Below, piece after piece: positions 8,545 to 18,338 of a stretch of 64,000 bases of DNA. Each line of letters opens with the position of its first letter. Positions within the stretch are counted from its first letter, which is position 1. A model generated the notes under the pieces. The model worked only from the letters and a program-made list of their open reading frames with translations, was not told where the DNA came from and ran no database searches. The stretch spans positions 1 to 64,000 of the forward strand of contig CAXXXF010000003.1 in NCBI GenBank assembly GCA_963667175.2. Direction: 5' to 3'. The position numbers and the translations under genes are program-made. This DNA is from Candidatus Latescibacterota bacterium (GTDB lineage Bacteria > Latescibacterota > UBA2968 > GCA-2709665).

Positions 8545-10482
8545 TCAGGAAGCCACCGGCTCCCGCTCGTCGGGCGCGGCGATGATCTTTCGAATCGTGT
8601 CCTTTTCGGAGCCGCAGCACCCATTGCTCCCATTGCTGCCGTTGATGACCGGAAGCTCGAGTTCCCCGTTTTCGGTCTCGCGGACCCGCAGCGTGTGGTC
8701 CGCATCCGGCAGCGGCATGTCGCGGTTGCCCGCATAGATGGGGTGGCGGCCCCTGGTTTTGAACCAATCGGCCGTTGTGGCGGTCATATGCATATTCTCA
8801 ATGATCTGACGCCATCCGATTCCGGTGTTATACGCGCAGAAGGAGATCTCGCCTTCCTGGGTGCCGTAAGGGATCACGCACATCTCCGTACGGCGGAAAT
8901 CGTAGGTCCACAGATCCTGGAACCACATCCCGCCGACCCACATGATTCGCCACTCCCGGTCGGTCGGCCTGGGACCGCCGCTGATGGAACCACCGACTCT
9001 TCGGTCCAGAATCCGGGCAAGATCCATCAGGCCGAATCCGGACGGCGCCTTCCTGGCGTCGAAATTCCGAAGCAGCGACATGCCGACCTGGAACTTGATC
9101 CATTTGGGATCCCGCGCGGTGTCGGTCATCACTACGACGTCCTTCATAAACTGTTCCTGGTTGAAGAACTCGGTGATGGTCGCCCACTGCCGGGTCTTCT
9201 CGTTCACGACGATATGGGCCGCGGAACCGCAGTTGGGGTGGCAGGAGCAGGTCTGCCCCCCGAATTCAACGTCCTGCCCGCGCAGATGGTCGGCAAGCGT
9301 GGTAAACAGCGTTCCCGCGCCCAGCGGGTACCAGTCGCGGCGCGCGTCGATTTTCCCGCCGGACCACGTCTGCAGGTCGTGAGCGAGGTGAGAAATGGTG
9401 TAACGCTGCCGGTGGCGCATCTCGTCGGTGATATCCTCGTCGCGACCGGTAAATGAGACGGGCTGGAACGAAACCGAACCGACCTTGTCGCTGTTGTCGA
9501 TGCAGAACTGAAGAATCGGCCCGACCTGTTCGTTGTTGATCGTATTCAGAACCGTCGTGACCGGCGTGATATCGATTCCGGCGCGGGCGAGGTTCTCCAT
9601 TGCCAGGAGCTTGGCGTCGAAGAGATTGGAAATGTGCCGGTGCTGGTTGGCCGCGTTGGTGACGCCGTCGAACTGCAGATACGCCATATCGAAACCGGCT
9701 TCTTTCGCCTCGAAAGCGAAGTCAGGCTCTTTGGCAAAGCGGAGTCCGTTGGTCGCGGCCTGCACACACCAGTATCCCACCTTTTTGGCATACCGGCAGG
9801 CATCCAGAAAATGCGGCGAGATCGTGGGTTCTCCCCCCGAGAACTGAACCGACATCTGCCTGCGTGGTTTGAAGGAGATGGATGCGTCCAGGATCCGCTT
9901 GACGTCGTCCATTGTCAATTCGTGGACGTAACCCACCTGGTTCGCATCCATGAAACAGGGATTGCACATCATGTTGCAGCGGTTGGTGAGGTCGATCGTC
10001 AGCACGGCGCCGCGACCGTATTTGATGCTGGACGTGCCGTGCTGGTGCACGTGCTCGTCTCCCCAGGTGCGGAAGTCCCGGCCGGGAAAACGGCCCTCGA
10101 TAAGGCGTGTAAACTCCGGATCGATCGACAGCACGTCTTCAAAGGGGCCGTGGACCGGGCAGGACTTGCGCATCAGAATACACCCGTTCTCCTCCAGGAT
10201 CTCTGCTTTGATCTCGCCGGGATTGCCGTGGATCAGTTCGCCGATGTCCCGTGTCCCGTCGATGATGGCGGTTCGGACTTCCTTTACGCAATCCGGACAC
10301 AGGGAATCGGTTTCGCGTGGAAATCCCAGGGTGGGCATCGATCGCTGATAGCTCTTCAACAGCGGCGCGGAAGCCCAGTCAGGCTGAAATGGCTGACCTT
10401 CAGGGAGCCTTGTATTCACGCTCTGGAAGACATTCCAGGCGACGTCTGCAACCCCTGAAACGAAGCGGTCACGATAACTCAT
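8545..10482 (-). CDS. Radical SAM protein of the tetraether lipid synthase (Tes/MJ0619)-like family
   Basis: N-terminal TDSLCPDC...KSCPVHG, RS motif TNRCNMMCNPCF, QFSGGEPT, YLQFDG, FQPVSFTGR, CHPNCG, CVIPY...ISFCAYN. Start set at MSYRD. Confidence 0.8.
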   Translation of the reverse strand: MSYRDRFVSGVADVAWNVFQSVNTRLPEGQPFQPDWASAPLLKSYQRSMPTLGFPRETDSLCPDCVKEVRTAIIDGTRDIGELIHGNPGEIKAEILEENGCILMRKSCPVHGPFEDVLSIDPEFTRLIEGRFPGRDFRTWGDEHVHQHGTSSIKYGRGAVLTIDLTNRCNMMCNPCFMDANQVGYVHELTMDDVKRILDASISFKPRRQMSVQFSGGEPTISPHFLDACRYAKKVGYWCVQAATNGLRFAKEPDFAFEAKEAGFDMAYLQFDGVTNAANQHRHISNLFDAKLLAMENLARAGIDITPVTTVLNTINNEQVGPILQFCIDNSDKVGSVSFQPVSFTGRDEDITDEMRHRQRYTISHLAHDLQTWSGGKIDARRDWYPLGAGTLFTTLADHLRGQDVEFGGQTCSCHPNCGSAAHIVVNEKTRQWATITEFFNQEQFMKDVVVMTDTARDPKWIKFQVGMSLLRNFDARKAPSGFGLMDLARILDRRVGGSISGGPRPTDREWRIMWVGGMWFQDLWTYDFRRTEMCVIPYGTQEGEISFCAYNTGIGWRQIIENMHMTATTADWFKTRGRHPIYAGNRDMPLPDADHTLRVRETENGELELPVINGSNGSNGCCGSEKDTIRKIIAAPDEREPVAS

Positions 10483-10629
10483 CTGCAGATCCTTGGTGAG
10501 TGTAGCCCAAACCGACCGGGTTGCCACAATGCGAAACGCCGGCTTACGGCCATATGAAGTTCTTGCAGGAGTACGGCACAAGGAATATAAGCAAAAAGCC
10601 GGCGCCGTCAAGCGGTTCCTGCTGAAGAG

Positions 10630-11415
10630 TTATACTCGCCGCCGCAGGATTCGTTTCATATTTCCACCGAAAATCCTCGCTCGCTGCCGCGGCGTGATCG
10701 CGGCGCCAAGCACCTTGCCCACCCCGGCCTCCATTGCCACGTCGGTCGCAAACAGGACGCGTTCCGTCCCCAGATGGCGCACCGCCATCTCGATAAACCC
10801 GTCGTCGTTCAGGCTGCCGCTGGTATCCACGTACACGTTCGAGACGTCCCGGAGGGTCTTGATCGCCCACTCCCAGTCTCCCACGATGGGGTGACCCTCG
10901 ATGACGATGGCTTCAGGATACATTCGCGCCAGTCGCGCGAAGTCCCGGCTGTCCGAGCGATTCGTCTGCCATGGTCTGCCGGAAACCGGCGTCTGTTTTC
11001 CGCCGTGGTGCAGAATGGGCACGCCCAGATCGATGCATCGCTCCACAATCGGCAGCACCAGGGGATCCCAGCATTTGCACTGATTGTAGAGCTTTACGCC
11101 CATCATCCCGTGCTTCAGAATGCACCGGTCGATTTCATCCCGCGCCTCGTTTTGAAACCGGGGATCCAGAAAGGCATATCCGAGAATGCGCGCTGGAAAC
11201 CGTCGCATGGCGTACAGGACGCTGTCATTCACCTCGCGCATTCCGTTGGGGCGGGGGTTATCCATTCCTTGAATGGGTATCGAACAGCAAAGCTGATTGA
11301 TTTCCAGGCGGTCGGCCGCCTCGATCACCATCCGGTCGTCCTTCCATTTCCCACGCCATCCCACGGACGCCAGGTTTCCGGCCACGTGCATGTGCGCGTC
11401 GATCCGCAAGTCCAA
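10630..11415 (-). CDS. Amidohydrolase family 2 (metal-dependent TIM barrel)
   Basis: IDAHMH, GVKL, PILHH, YVDTSG, RVLFATD motifs. Confidence 0.88.
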   Translation of the reverse strand: MDLRIDAHMHVAGNLASVGWRGKWKDDRMVIEAADRLEINQLCCSIPIQGMDNPRPNGMREVNDSVLYAMRRFPARILGYAFLDPRFQNEARDEIDRCILKHGMMGVKLYNQCKCWDPLVLPIVERCIDLGVPILHHGGKQTPVSGRPWQTNRSDSRDFARLARMYPEAIVIEGHPIVGDWEWAIKTLRDVSNVYVDTSGSLNDDGFIEMAVRHLGTERVLFATDVAMEAGVGKVLGAAITPRQRARIFGGNMKRILRRRV

Positions 11416-11629
11416 CGCTCCTTTTCGAAAGTCCCCCGCGCCAAAACCTTGACGCTCAGATTCTCAATGCCTATTATGCCTCTACCGTACGGGTTTATCA
11501 AGGGGATTCTACGCGTTTGCCGCATCAATCCGGACAATACCGTGCCCGTTGACGGGCGTCGAATGGGCGACACTGGCGCCGCGCATGGATTGAGAATGCG
11601 CTTCCGCGTTCCAGCACAGGAGATTCCAT

Positions 11630-12532
11630 ATGCGCCGTTTTACCCGAAAGCCGTATCTGACAGATTCTGAAGCTTCCCAACGAGGCCAGGTTCGCGGTAC
11701 GATCGAACCCGGCGAAACCCTCGTCATCGAGGCGCCCGGCGGCGCCGACGGCGACCTCAAGCCCGGCGTCATCCCGGAAACCACAACGCCGCGCGGCTCA
11801 CGCCAGGGGGGGCCGTTTCTCATCGAGGGCATCGAACCCGGCGACTGGGTTTCCATCGAAGTCATCGATATCGAGGTGGGTCCCTACGGCTATTACAATA
11901 ACGGCGGGCCGTTCCGAGGCAGCCTGCGCTCCGTCGCCCCCGTAAGGGACGGCCTCCTGCACTTCCCGCCGGACTTTGTCGTGCCCGTCCGCCCGATGAT
12001 CGGCGTGATGCAGTTGGCGCCCGTTTCGGAACATCCGGGCCCCTGGAACCACGGCGGCAACATGGACTACAACAGCATTTGTCCCGGCAGTACCGTGCAT
12101 ATTCGTGCACAGAAATACGGCGGCCATTTCTACGTGGGCGACGTCCACGCCCGCATGGGCGACGGTGAGCTCACCGGCACGGGCGTCGAAATCGACGCCG
12201 CGCTCACGCTGCGGTTCGACCGCTCGCCGGGCTTTCCCGCAGGGGGACCGGTCGTGGAAACGGCGGACGAGATCCTCACCAGCGGCATGGGCGCGAACTG
12301 GGAAGAAGCGTTGAAAATCGCCTGGACCGACATGGTCGGCCTCGTCGCCGACCGTTACGCGACCACCGTGGAACACGCCAATCTCATTGTCGGCACCATC
12401 GGCGACGCGCGCCCGGGATACGCCGCCGGGCAATTGAATACCCGGGGATTCAGCAGAGAGCACGCGTACGTCACCTGCCAGATCGGCGTCACCAAAGACC
12501 TGAAGAGAACCGGCCGGCCCTTCCAGCCGTGA
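11630..12532 (+). CDS. Acetamidase/formamidase family protein
   Basis: GPFLIEGIEPGD, PMIGV, HGGNMD, GDVHARMGDGE motifs. Confidence 0.88.
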   Translation: MRRFTRKPYLTDSEASQRGQVRGTIEPGETLVIEAPGGADGDLKPGVIPETTTPRGSRQGGPFLIEGIEPGDWVSIEVIDIEVGPYGYYNNGGPFRGSLRSVAPVRDGLLHFPPDFVVPVRPMIGVMQLAPVSEHPGPWNHGGNMDYNSICPGSTVHIRAQKYGGHFYVGDVHARMGDGELTGTGVEIDAALTLRFDRSPGFPAGGPVVETADEILTSGMGANWEEALKIAWTDMVGLVADRYATTVEHANLIVGTIGDARPGYAAGQLNTRGFSREHAYVTCQIGVTKDLKRTGRPFQP

Positions 12533-12671
12533 CCTTGATTCGACATTTTTCGGCGACGTTAAATCGGATCTCCCGCATCCGGCGCAGGTAGGCTGCAGCA
12601 ACATTTGTCGGGTCGGACGCTCACCCACTGAAGATCCGCGCCTTTTCACGGCGCACTGAATCAACTCAGGT
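12532..12671 (+). mobile_element. MITE family 2, short/degenerate copy
   Basis: Starts ACCTTGATTCGACATTTTTCGGCGACGTTAA like the other family 2 copies; ends TCAACTCAGGT. Confidence 0.65.
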
Positions 12672-12674
12672 TAA

Positions 12675-12834
12675 CAGCCCGTTGATAAAGTCCATCCGGT
12701 CTGCGTCCGGCCCTCGTGGCCGAAATACGGCGTTGCGCTCCCTCCCCGAATCCAGGGATTCGCGTCGGTCGCGCGCCTTGTCTTCGGCCACAATGACTCG
12801 GCCTCGCCTGCAGAGCGACTTTTTCTACGGACTG
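12675..12834 (+). mobile_element. MITE family 1, copy B
   Basis: Same terminal repeats; TTAA duplicated at 12671-12674 and 12835-12838. Confidence 0.9.
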
Positions 12835-13701
12835 TTAAGGCTCGTCGACTTCCTCAATAGTCAATTGGGCAACATCGACTTCGCTTGCGCCGAAATACCC
12901 TAATGGGTAGTGAGCAGGGTTCGTTGTGTTTTCTACGTTGCCCCGAATCAACGCCGCAGGAACAGGAAAGACGGAGTTTTGGCCTGTTTGCTGGAAAAGC
13001 AGAAAGTAAAATTCAAAGGCTTGTTCGGATAAAGCGATCTGCCGGACTTCGATCAATTGGCCTGGTTCCAGCGGGGCTTCTTCATTGGGTTCAAAGCCGA
13101 CTATTTTTTCGCCATCATAAAATTCGTCGGAGCCGACAAAGTTGAGAGAATTTCCTGGATCGGGTTTAGCCAGCGATACACCGTCGGCCAATTGCTCCCA
13201 GAGATAGTAGTCTACCCGACCGGCGACATCTTGATAGTCGATTTTGACTCGGATACCTTCGTCTTCAAAGGCATTGCCCTTGTTAAATTCCTGGTAAATC
13301 GAGTCAATGCTTGCAACGGGAAGTAATTCTTCACTGGCTCGATATAATTCGCCTCGATATAGAATCTCAAGGGTGTAAATCCTACCCACTTCTGGGCGTA
13401 TTTCTCCATTTTGGTATAAGCCGGGTTCACTTCGCAACTCGAGAAAACGATGGCGGTTGCCCACGTTGTCGCTTACCGTCACTTCGGCTTCATTTGCTGG
13501 CGGCGTGCGCGTATTGCTAAAAAAAGCATCCGTGGTCGTTAATCGAATGGACTGAACGACGTCGGCCTGATCCTGGTGGCGTTCAACCCGTCCCTCGACG
13601 ACCAGGTGCTCGGGGCCTTCTGTCACATCAATTGAGACCACTTTTTCACAGCCCGTGAACACAGACCCAATAAGGAAAACTATGGCAATCAGGTTTTTCA
13701 T
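12835..13701 (-). CDS. DUF4249-like lipoprotein (TonB receptor partner)
   Basis: Lipobox FTGC followed by EKVVSID, LVVEG, C-terminal GNVEN...LGYFGAS; follows the TonB receptor gene. Confidence 0.82.
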   Translation of the reverse strand: MKNLIAIVFLIGSVFTGCEKVVSIDVTEGPEHLVVEGRVERHQDQADVVQSIRLTTTDAFFSNTRTPPANEAEVTVSDNVGNRHRFLELRSEPGLYQNGEIRPEVGRIYTLEILYRGELYRASEELLPVASIDSIYQEFNKGNAFEDEGIRVKIDYQDVAGRVDYYLWEQLADGVSLAKPDPGNSLNFVGSDEFYDGEKIVGFEPNEEAPLEPGQLIEVRQIALSEQAFEFYFLLFQQTGQNSVFPVPAALIRGNVENTTNPAHYPLGYFGASEVDVAQLTIEEVDEP

Positions 13702-13703
13702 CG

Positions 13704-16076
13704 TTAGAATCTCCTATTGTAGGTTATGCCGGGGACAATACCGAAGATTGACGTCTGTACTGCCTCGGTTTCGAACTTATCGTCTTCAGCCTGGCCTACC
13801 ATGATGGAAGCCGCGTTACGTCGGTTATAGACATTGTAGATGCTAAACACCCAGTTATTCCCGCTCGGGACGGCATAGGTAAGCCCCAAATCCAATCGAT
13901 GATACATGGGCAATCGGGCTCCATTACGTACTTCATAATGTGGAATGATAAAATTCGCGAATTCGTAGCGACTAACCGGATAGGTTGTCGGTGTCCCACT
14001 AGCCAGGACAAAGTTCGTCGAAAGAGACCATCGGGGATTGAACGCATAAGTGGTCGTCACACTGAGATCGTGGGTTTTGTCGTTGCCGGCCGGGTAGTAA
14101 TCACCATTGTTGATCCCTGGATCGCCCGCGCCCATGCCGGGTGTCTGGCGTTCGGTGCGCGACCACGTATACCCGAGCCAACCGGTGAGTTTTCCCCCGT
14201 TTTTGCGGACCATTAATTCCATGCCATAGGATCGCCCACCGCCCTTGAGCAGTTCTGTCTCCAGGTTGTTATTTGCGGTCAGGTCCGCTCCGTCGATGTA
14301 ATCGACCAGGTCGTTCAGCTTCTTATAGTAGGTTTCAACCGAAGTTTCATAGGTATTGTCGAGGAAATTGCGGTAATAACCAACTGCAACCTGGTCTGCA
14401 GTCTGGGGTTTGAGGAATGGCCCGCTGGGCCGCCAAATATCCAGTGGCCGTGCAGCGGTGGTATTAGATATCAAATGGATGTATTGGCGTGTGCGATTGT
14501 AACTGGCCTTGAGGGAACTGGATTCGGTTAAGGTCCACCGACCCGCAAAGCGGGGCTCTAATCCGATATAACTTTTGATATTTTTTCTGCTGCCGTACGA
14601 CGTGAAGCCGGTTATGGTGCCTCCTTCATACGTACCCAATATCTCGTTGAATACGATTGGTTGATCGTTGAGGTACGCGGGAATGTTCTGCGCCCCATGT
14701 CGCCTGAAGGCTGATAGGCGCACCCCGTACTGCAGCGAGAGTGAAGGATGGAGTCGATGGTCAACGCTGACGTAGATATTTGGTTCGATGGCAAATTGTC
14801 GATCCAACTGCGTCTCCACGGCCGACGAACGTTCACCAACGGGTTTGATATCGCCGGGGCTGAAGCGGTAAAGGATGTTGCTGGCGCCAAAGTCCAACGA
14901 ACTGCCAGGATTTAAGGTATAGGTAAAATCCGTCTTGAATTTGTAGTTGGTTATATGTGATTGCCAATTGAACCCGGCGCCGGCGATAAACGTGTCGCTG
15001 TTGTAATTATAATTACTGAAAACACCTGTGAAATTTACGAAAAGGCGCCGACTGAAGAGTCGATTCCAGCGAATTGTCGCCGTCGTATTGCCCCAGGAAT
15101 CGCCCAGAAGCTCTTCGAGTTTCAGTGCGTCTCGACCCCGATATCCCGAAATGAAGAGGCGATTGTTTGCGTCGACGTTGTAGTTTGCTTTGAAATTCAC
15201 ATCGTAAAAATGAGCTGTGCTGCTGTTGGAGCTCAGGGCCCGAAAAATGAGGTCGCCGTATGAGCGGCGTCCCGCGATTATATAGGAACCGCGACCGCCG
15301 GCCAACGGCCCCTCCAGGAGCATTCGACCGGAGAGCAGGCCGATACCGGCCTGTCCGCTAAATCTCTTCGCATTACCCTCTTTCTGCCGCACATCCAATA
15401 CAGAGGATAGCCGTCCCCCGTATCGGGCCGGTATACCTCCTTTGTAGATTTTGACGTCTTTGGCAATGTCGGCGTTGAAAACGGAGAAGAAACCGAATAG
15501 GTGGGCTGCGTTGTAGACAATGGCTTCGTCGAGCAAGATCAGATTTTGATCGGCGGACCCGCCTCGCACGTTAAACCCCGATGCACCCTCGCGTACTGTA
15601 GATACGCCCGGTAGCAACTGCACGGCCTGGACCAGATCGACTTCACCCGCTACCGTGGGAATCTGCCGAACGGTTTTGACCTCTAAGCCCGTTGTACTCA
15701 TTTCAATGCTTTCTACGTTCTGATCGGCTTCCTCCGCAAGTACCTCTACCTCGAGCAACTCAATGGCTGATGCCCTCAGTTCTACGTCAAAGGTGTAGTT
15801 CTGAGCAAGATCGATGGTCTGCTTATTCGACTGATAGCCGATCAGGCTGAAGGTAATTTCATGCATGCCCTGCGGCAGCCGGAGGGCGTAATAACCGTAC
15901 GCATTGGTCGTCGTGCCCACCTCAAGTGTCGGAACGACAATATTGACATAGGGCAATGCTTCGCCGTCGGCGGCATCTTTGACATACCCACTAATCGTGG
16001 CGATTTCTTTGGCATTGCTTACGCTACCTGGCATGATAAGCAGGCAGGTCATTAGAAGAGAAATTAACCTCACCAT
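13704..16076 (-). CDS. TonB-dependent receptor with carboxypeptidase-regulatory-like N-domain
   Basis: Signal peptide, ISGYVKDA..GEAL, plug LLPGV..VRGGSADQNLILLD, YGGRLSSVLD, C-terminal Phe. Start set at MVRLI. Confidence 0.93.
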   Translation of the reverse strand: MVRLISLLMTCLLIMPGSVSNAKEIATISGYVKDAADGEALPYVNIVVPTLEVGTTTNAYGYYALRLPQGMHEITFSLIGYQSNKQTIDLAQNYTFDVELRASAIELLEVEVLAEEADQNVESIEMSTTGLEVKTVRQIPTVAGEVDLVQAVQLLPGVSTVREGASGFNVRGGSADQNLILLDEAIVYNAAHLFGFFSVFNADIAKDVKIYKGGIPARYGGRLSSVLDVRQKEGNAKRFSGQAGIGLLSGRMLLEGPLAGGRGSYIIAGRRSYGDLIFRALSSNSSTAHFYDVNFKANYNVDANNRLFISGYRGRDALKLEELLGDSWGNTTATIRWNRLFSRRLFVNFTGVFSNYNYNSDTFIAGAGFNWQSHITNYKFKTDFTYTLNPGSSLDFGASNILYRFSPGDIKPVGERSSAVETQLDRQFAIEPNIYVSVDHRLHPSLSLQYGVRLSAFRRHGAQNIPAYLNDQPIVFNEILGTYEGGTITGFTSYGSRKNIKSYIGLEPRFAGRWTLTESSSLKASYNRTRQYIHLISNTTAARPLDIWRPSGPFLKPQTADQVAVGYYRNFLDNTYETSVETYYKKLNDLVDYIDGADLTANNNLETELLKGGGRSYGMELMVRKNGGKLTGWLGYTWSRTERQTPGMGAGDPGINNGDYYPAGNDKTHDLSVTTTYAFNPRWSLSTNFVLASGTPTTYPVSRYEFANFIIPHYEVRNGARLPMYHRLDLGLTYAVPSGNNWVFSIYNVYNRRNAASIMVGQAEDDKFETEAVQTSIFGIVPGITYNRRF

Positions 16077-16135
16077 AATTCCGCCTTTCCCGGTTTCGGA
16101 ACCGATTGCAGGACTGTTGTTTGCCGAAGTGATGA

Positions 16136-16328
16136 ACCTTGATTCGTCATTTTTCGGTGACGTTAAGTCGTATATACGCAAGTCTGTAGAGGCGATTAAA
16201 CATCTGATTTCCAGGAACCTTCAGGTCACTGGACTTGAACGGAAAAGATGTCCATATCGACGACCATTTCGGCTCAATGCGGAAGGTTTTGTCGCGTCGC
16301 CGCGTTGCTGCCTTTGTCGAATTGAGGT
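16136..16328 (+). mobile_element. MITE family 2 copy
   Basis: Ends ACCTTGATTCG / CGAATTGAGGT; internal CCAGGAACCTTCAGGTCACTGGA shared with 38307-38565 and nearly so with 61974-62189. Confidence 0.85.
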
Positions 16329-16388
16329 TAATACTACAATTCCGAAATTAACCGGGAATTTCTGACTTGTAACGGTTTGTAACGAGAG

Positions 16389-16677
16389 CACTGCTGTCCA
16401 AGAACCGTGGAATTCTCAGAAATAAGGTTCGAAAAGTGGCTTCAATAGGCGTTTTTGGACGGGTTTGACCCGGATTTTGAAAACCAGGTTGCCATTGTCT
16501 GCGCAATACTGTCCAAGAACAAAGTGACTTTTCCAACGGCCATAAATGTGCGGTTCCCGTCTCAAAAAGCCCGTGAAATAAGCACTTTGTGAATCTCAGG
16601 CGACCTCGGTCGAGGCATTGCTTCTCGGAAGTGAACCAGATGCTGTCCAAGACAGAAACCGATTTTGGACAGGTGTG
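16389..16677. mobile_element. MITE family 3 (289 bp) with 9-bp target duplication
   Basis: Ends CACTGCTGTCCAA / TTGGACAGGTGTG; TAACGAGAG at 16380-16388 and 16678-16686. Confidence 0.85.
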
Positions 16678-16729
16678 TAACGAGAGATGAAAAATGAGAG
16701 GTACAGGAAGTGTAACAATTCAGTTTCCC

Positions 16730-16920
16730 CTGGCAGCTTGGGCACCGCGGGAACCGAAGCTGGCGTGACGCGACGACACCGCAAGACGACGGGCTCCTTC
16801 GCCTTCGTTGTCGGTCGGTCGGCAACTTCTGTGCGCATGAAGGACCACAGATCCGGCCCGAGGTCGAGGAAATTAGTGCAGGTGGCCGCGGGTTCGGGCG
16901 TCGGCGAACTGCCGAGCATA
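16730..16920 (-). pseudogene. Probable IS66 transposase (TnpC) C-terminal remnant
   Basis: AATCTNFLDLGPDLWSFMRTEV..PT and a frameshifted RHASFGSRG resemble the IS66 pattern TCxNLLxLxPALWTF...PTNN...RKxSFG (recalled, not searched). Confidence 0.45.
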
Positions 16921-17018
16921 CCTTACGGGAAGGGAGGGACGTATAACCTTGGGACTATATAGATAGGTAGGAGTAAGCGGCTATGAGGAACATGGTTAGG
17001 GTAAAGTTGTAGACTGGC

Positions 17019-18338
17019 CTATTGGGGGAAGGTCAGCAATACCGACGTCCCTTTATTGGGATGACTGGAAATCTCGATGCGGCCATTGTGCGCTTCCATA
17101 ATCTTCTTACAAACACCCATTCCCAGCCCGTAGCCTCCTGTCCGTTTTGAACGGGACTTATCAACGCGATAGAAGGGCTCAAAGATAAAGGCCATGTCTT
17201 CCTGGGGAATGCCCGTCCCATTGTCCTGTACTTTGACTAGGACCTTTCCGGGGCCTCGGGTACAACTCACCTCAATGGGCGCTGTTGCGTTGGAGTGCTT
17301 AATGGCATTAGAAAGAAGATTGTTCAAGACGGTGACGACTCGGCCCGGATCGACAGTTAGAATATGACTGTCAAACGAACACTTCAGAATGACGCCTGGT
17401 TTCTGGTCCTGGAAATTCTCACACGCATCAGCTAAAAGATCTACAATGTTCAAGCGCTCGAATTGGAGCCCACCATGTGGGCTGTTCAATCGCTCACTTT
17501 CCAGGATTTCGGAGACCATAGCCTCCATACTCTTTATGTTTCTGTAAAGTGTTTGCTTGATGTTATTATCTTGGAGAAACTCTATTGCTACCAACATGCG
17601 TGTCAATGGGGAACGCAGTTCATGGCTGACATTCAACAGCAACTGATCGCGAGCAAGGATCAATTCGCGGACCTGTCTTCTCATATGATTGAATGAATGG
17701 GCCAATTGGCCGAGTTCGTCTACCCTGTTGATATCGATCTTAAATTCAAGATTGCCTTCGCCAATCTCCCTGACTCCGTCTTGTAGCGCCTTTATGGGCT
17801 TGAGCTGAGTCCGAATAATGAAATAGATCGCCAAGAAAGAGAACAAGACAACCGCCAGCGAAGCAAGATCGTAGATCTCGTCCTGTTCATCCAAATCGAC
17901 ATTGAGGAGATTGAGTTGATAATTGCCGCTGTCCGTGTCCAAATGGACGAAATTGACGAAAATCCCACCGATTTTTTCACCAATGGCGACTCGAATTCGG
18001 TCCTCTCCGGCGTACGGTTTCATTGCTGCCGGGTCTAAAACCCGCATATCAGGATTGCTCTGCCAGGTGACCCCATCCTTATCATACCGGATTTCCACCT
18101 GCAAACTATCCGCCACCTTCTGCAGTTGCTGGGTTGTAGGCCGGTGCCCGAAGTCGGCGACAATGCCCTGCGCGTGATGGACCATAAGATCGGTCAACTT
18201 GGGTATGGCGGTGCGTTCCACATCCAGATCGTCAATCCACAGGAGCAGGGCGCTCACCGTAGTTACCGTGAAGAGAAATATGAAGGCGATTTTCAGAAAG
18301 AGAAATTGCCTGATGCGTAAGGGCGACAGGGGCTTCAT
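17019..18338 (-). CDS. HAMP-domain sensor histidine kinase
   Basis: Two TM segments, HAMP (DELGQLAHSFN), H-box VSHELRSPL, N-box NLLSNAIKH, DNGTG, GYGLG. Confidence 0.95.
   Translation of the reverse strand: MKPLSPLRIRQFLFLKIAFIFLFTVTTVSALLLWIDDLDVERTAIPKLTDLMVHHAQGIVADFGHRPTTQQLQKVADSLQVEIRYDKDGVTWQSNPDMRVLDPAAMKPYAGEDRIRVAIGEKIGGIFVNFVHLDTDSGNYQLNLLNVDLDEQDEIYDLASLAVVLFSFLAIYFIIRTQLKPIKALQDGVREIGEGNLEFKIDINRVDELGQLAHSFNHMRRQVRELILARDQLLLNVSHELRSPLTRMLVAIEFLQDNNIKQTLYRNIKSMEAMVSEILESERLNSPHGGLQFERLNIVDLLADACENFQDQKPGVILKCSFDSHILTVDPGRVVTVLNNLLSNAIKHSNATAPIEVSCTRGPGKVLVKVQDNGTGIPQEDMAFIFEPFYRVDKSRSKRTGGYGLGMGVCKKIMEAHNGRIEISSHPNKGTSVLLTFPQ

Noticed and set aside
16041-16048. CAGGCAGG as a fifth micro-element
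   Set aside because: No partner CCTGCCTG arm; lies within signal-peptide codons.
16077-16181. N-terminal extensions of the TonB receptor, response regulator and aldo/keto reductase ORFs
   Set aside because: They run into MITE or intergenic sequence; downstream ATGs fit the families.
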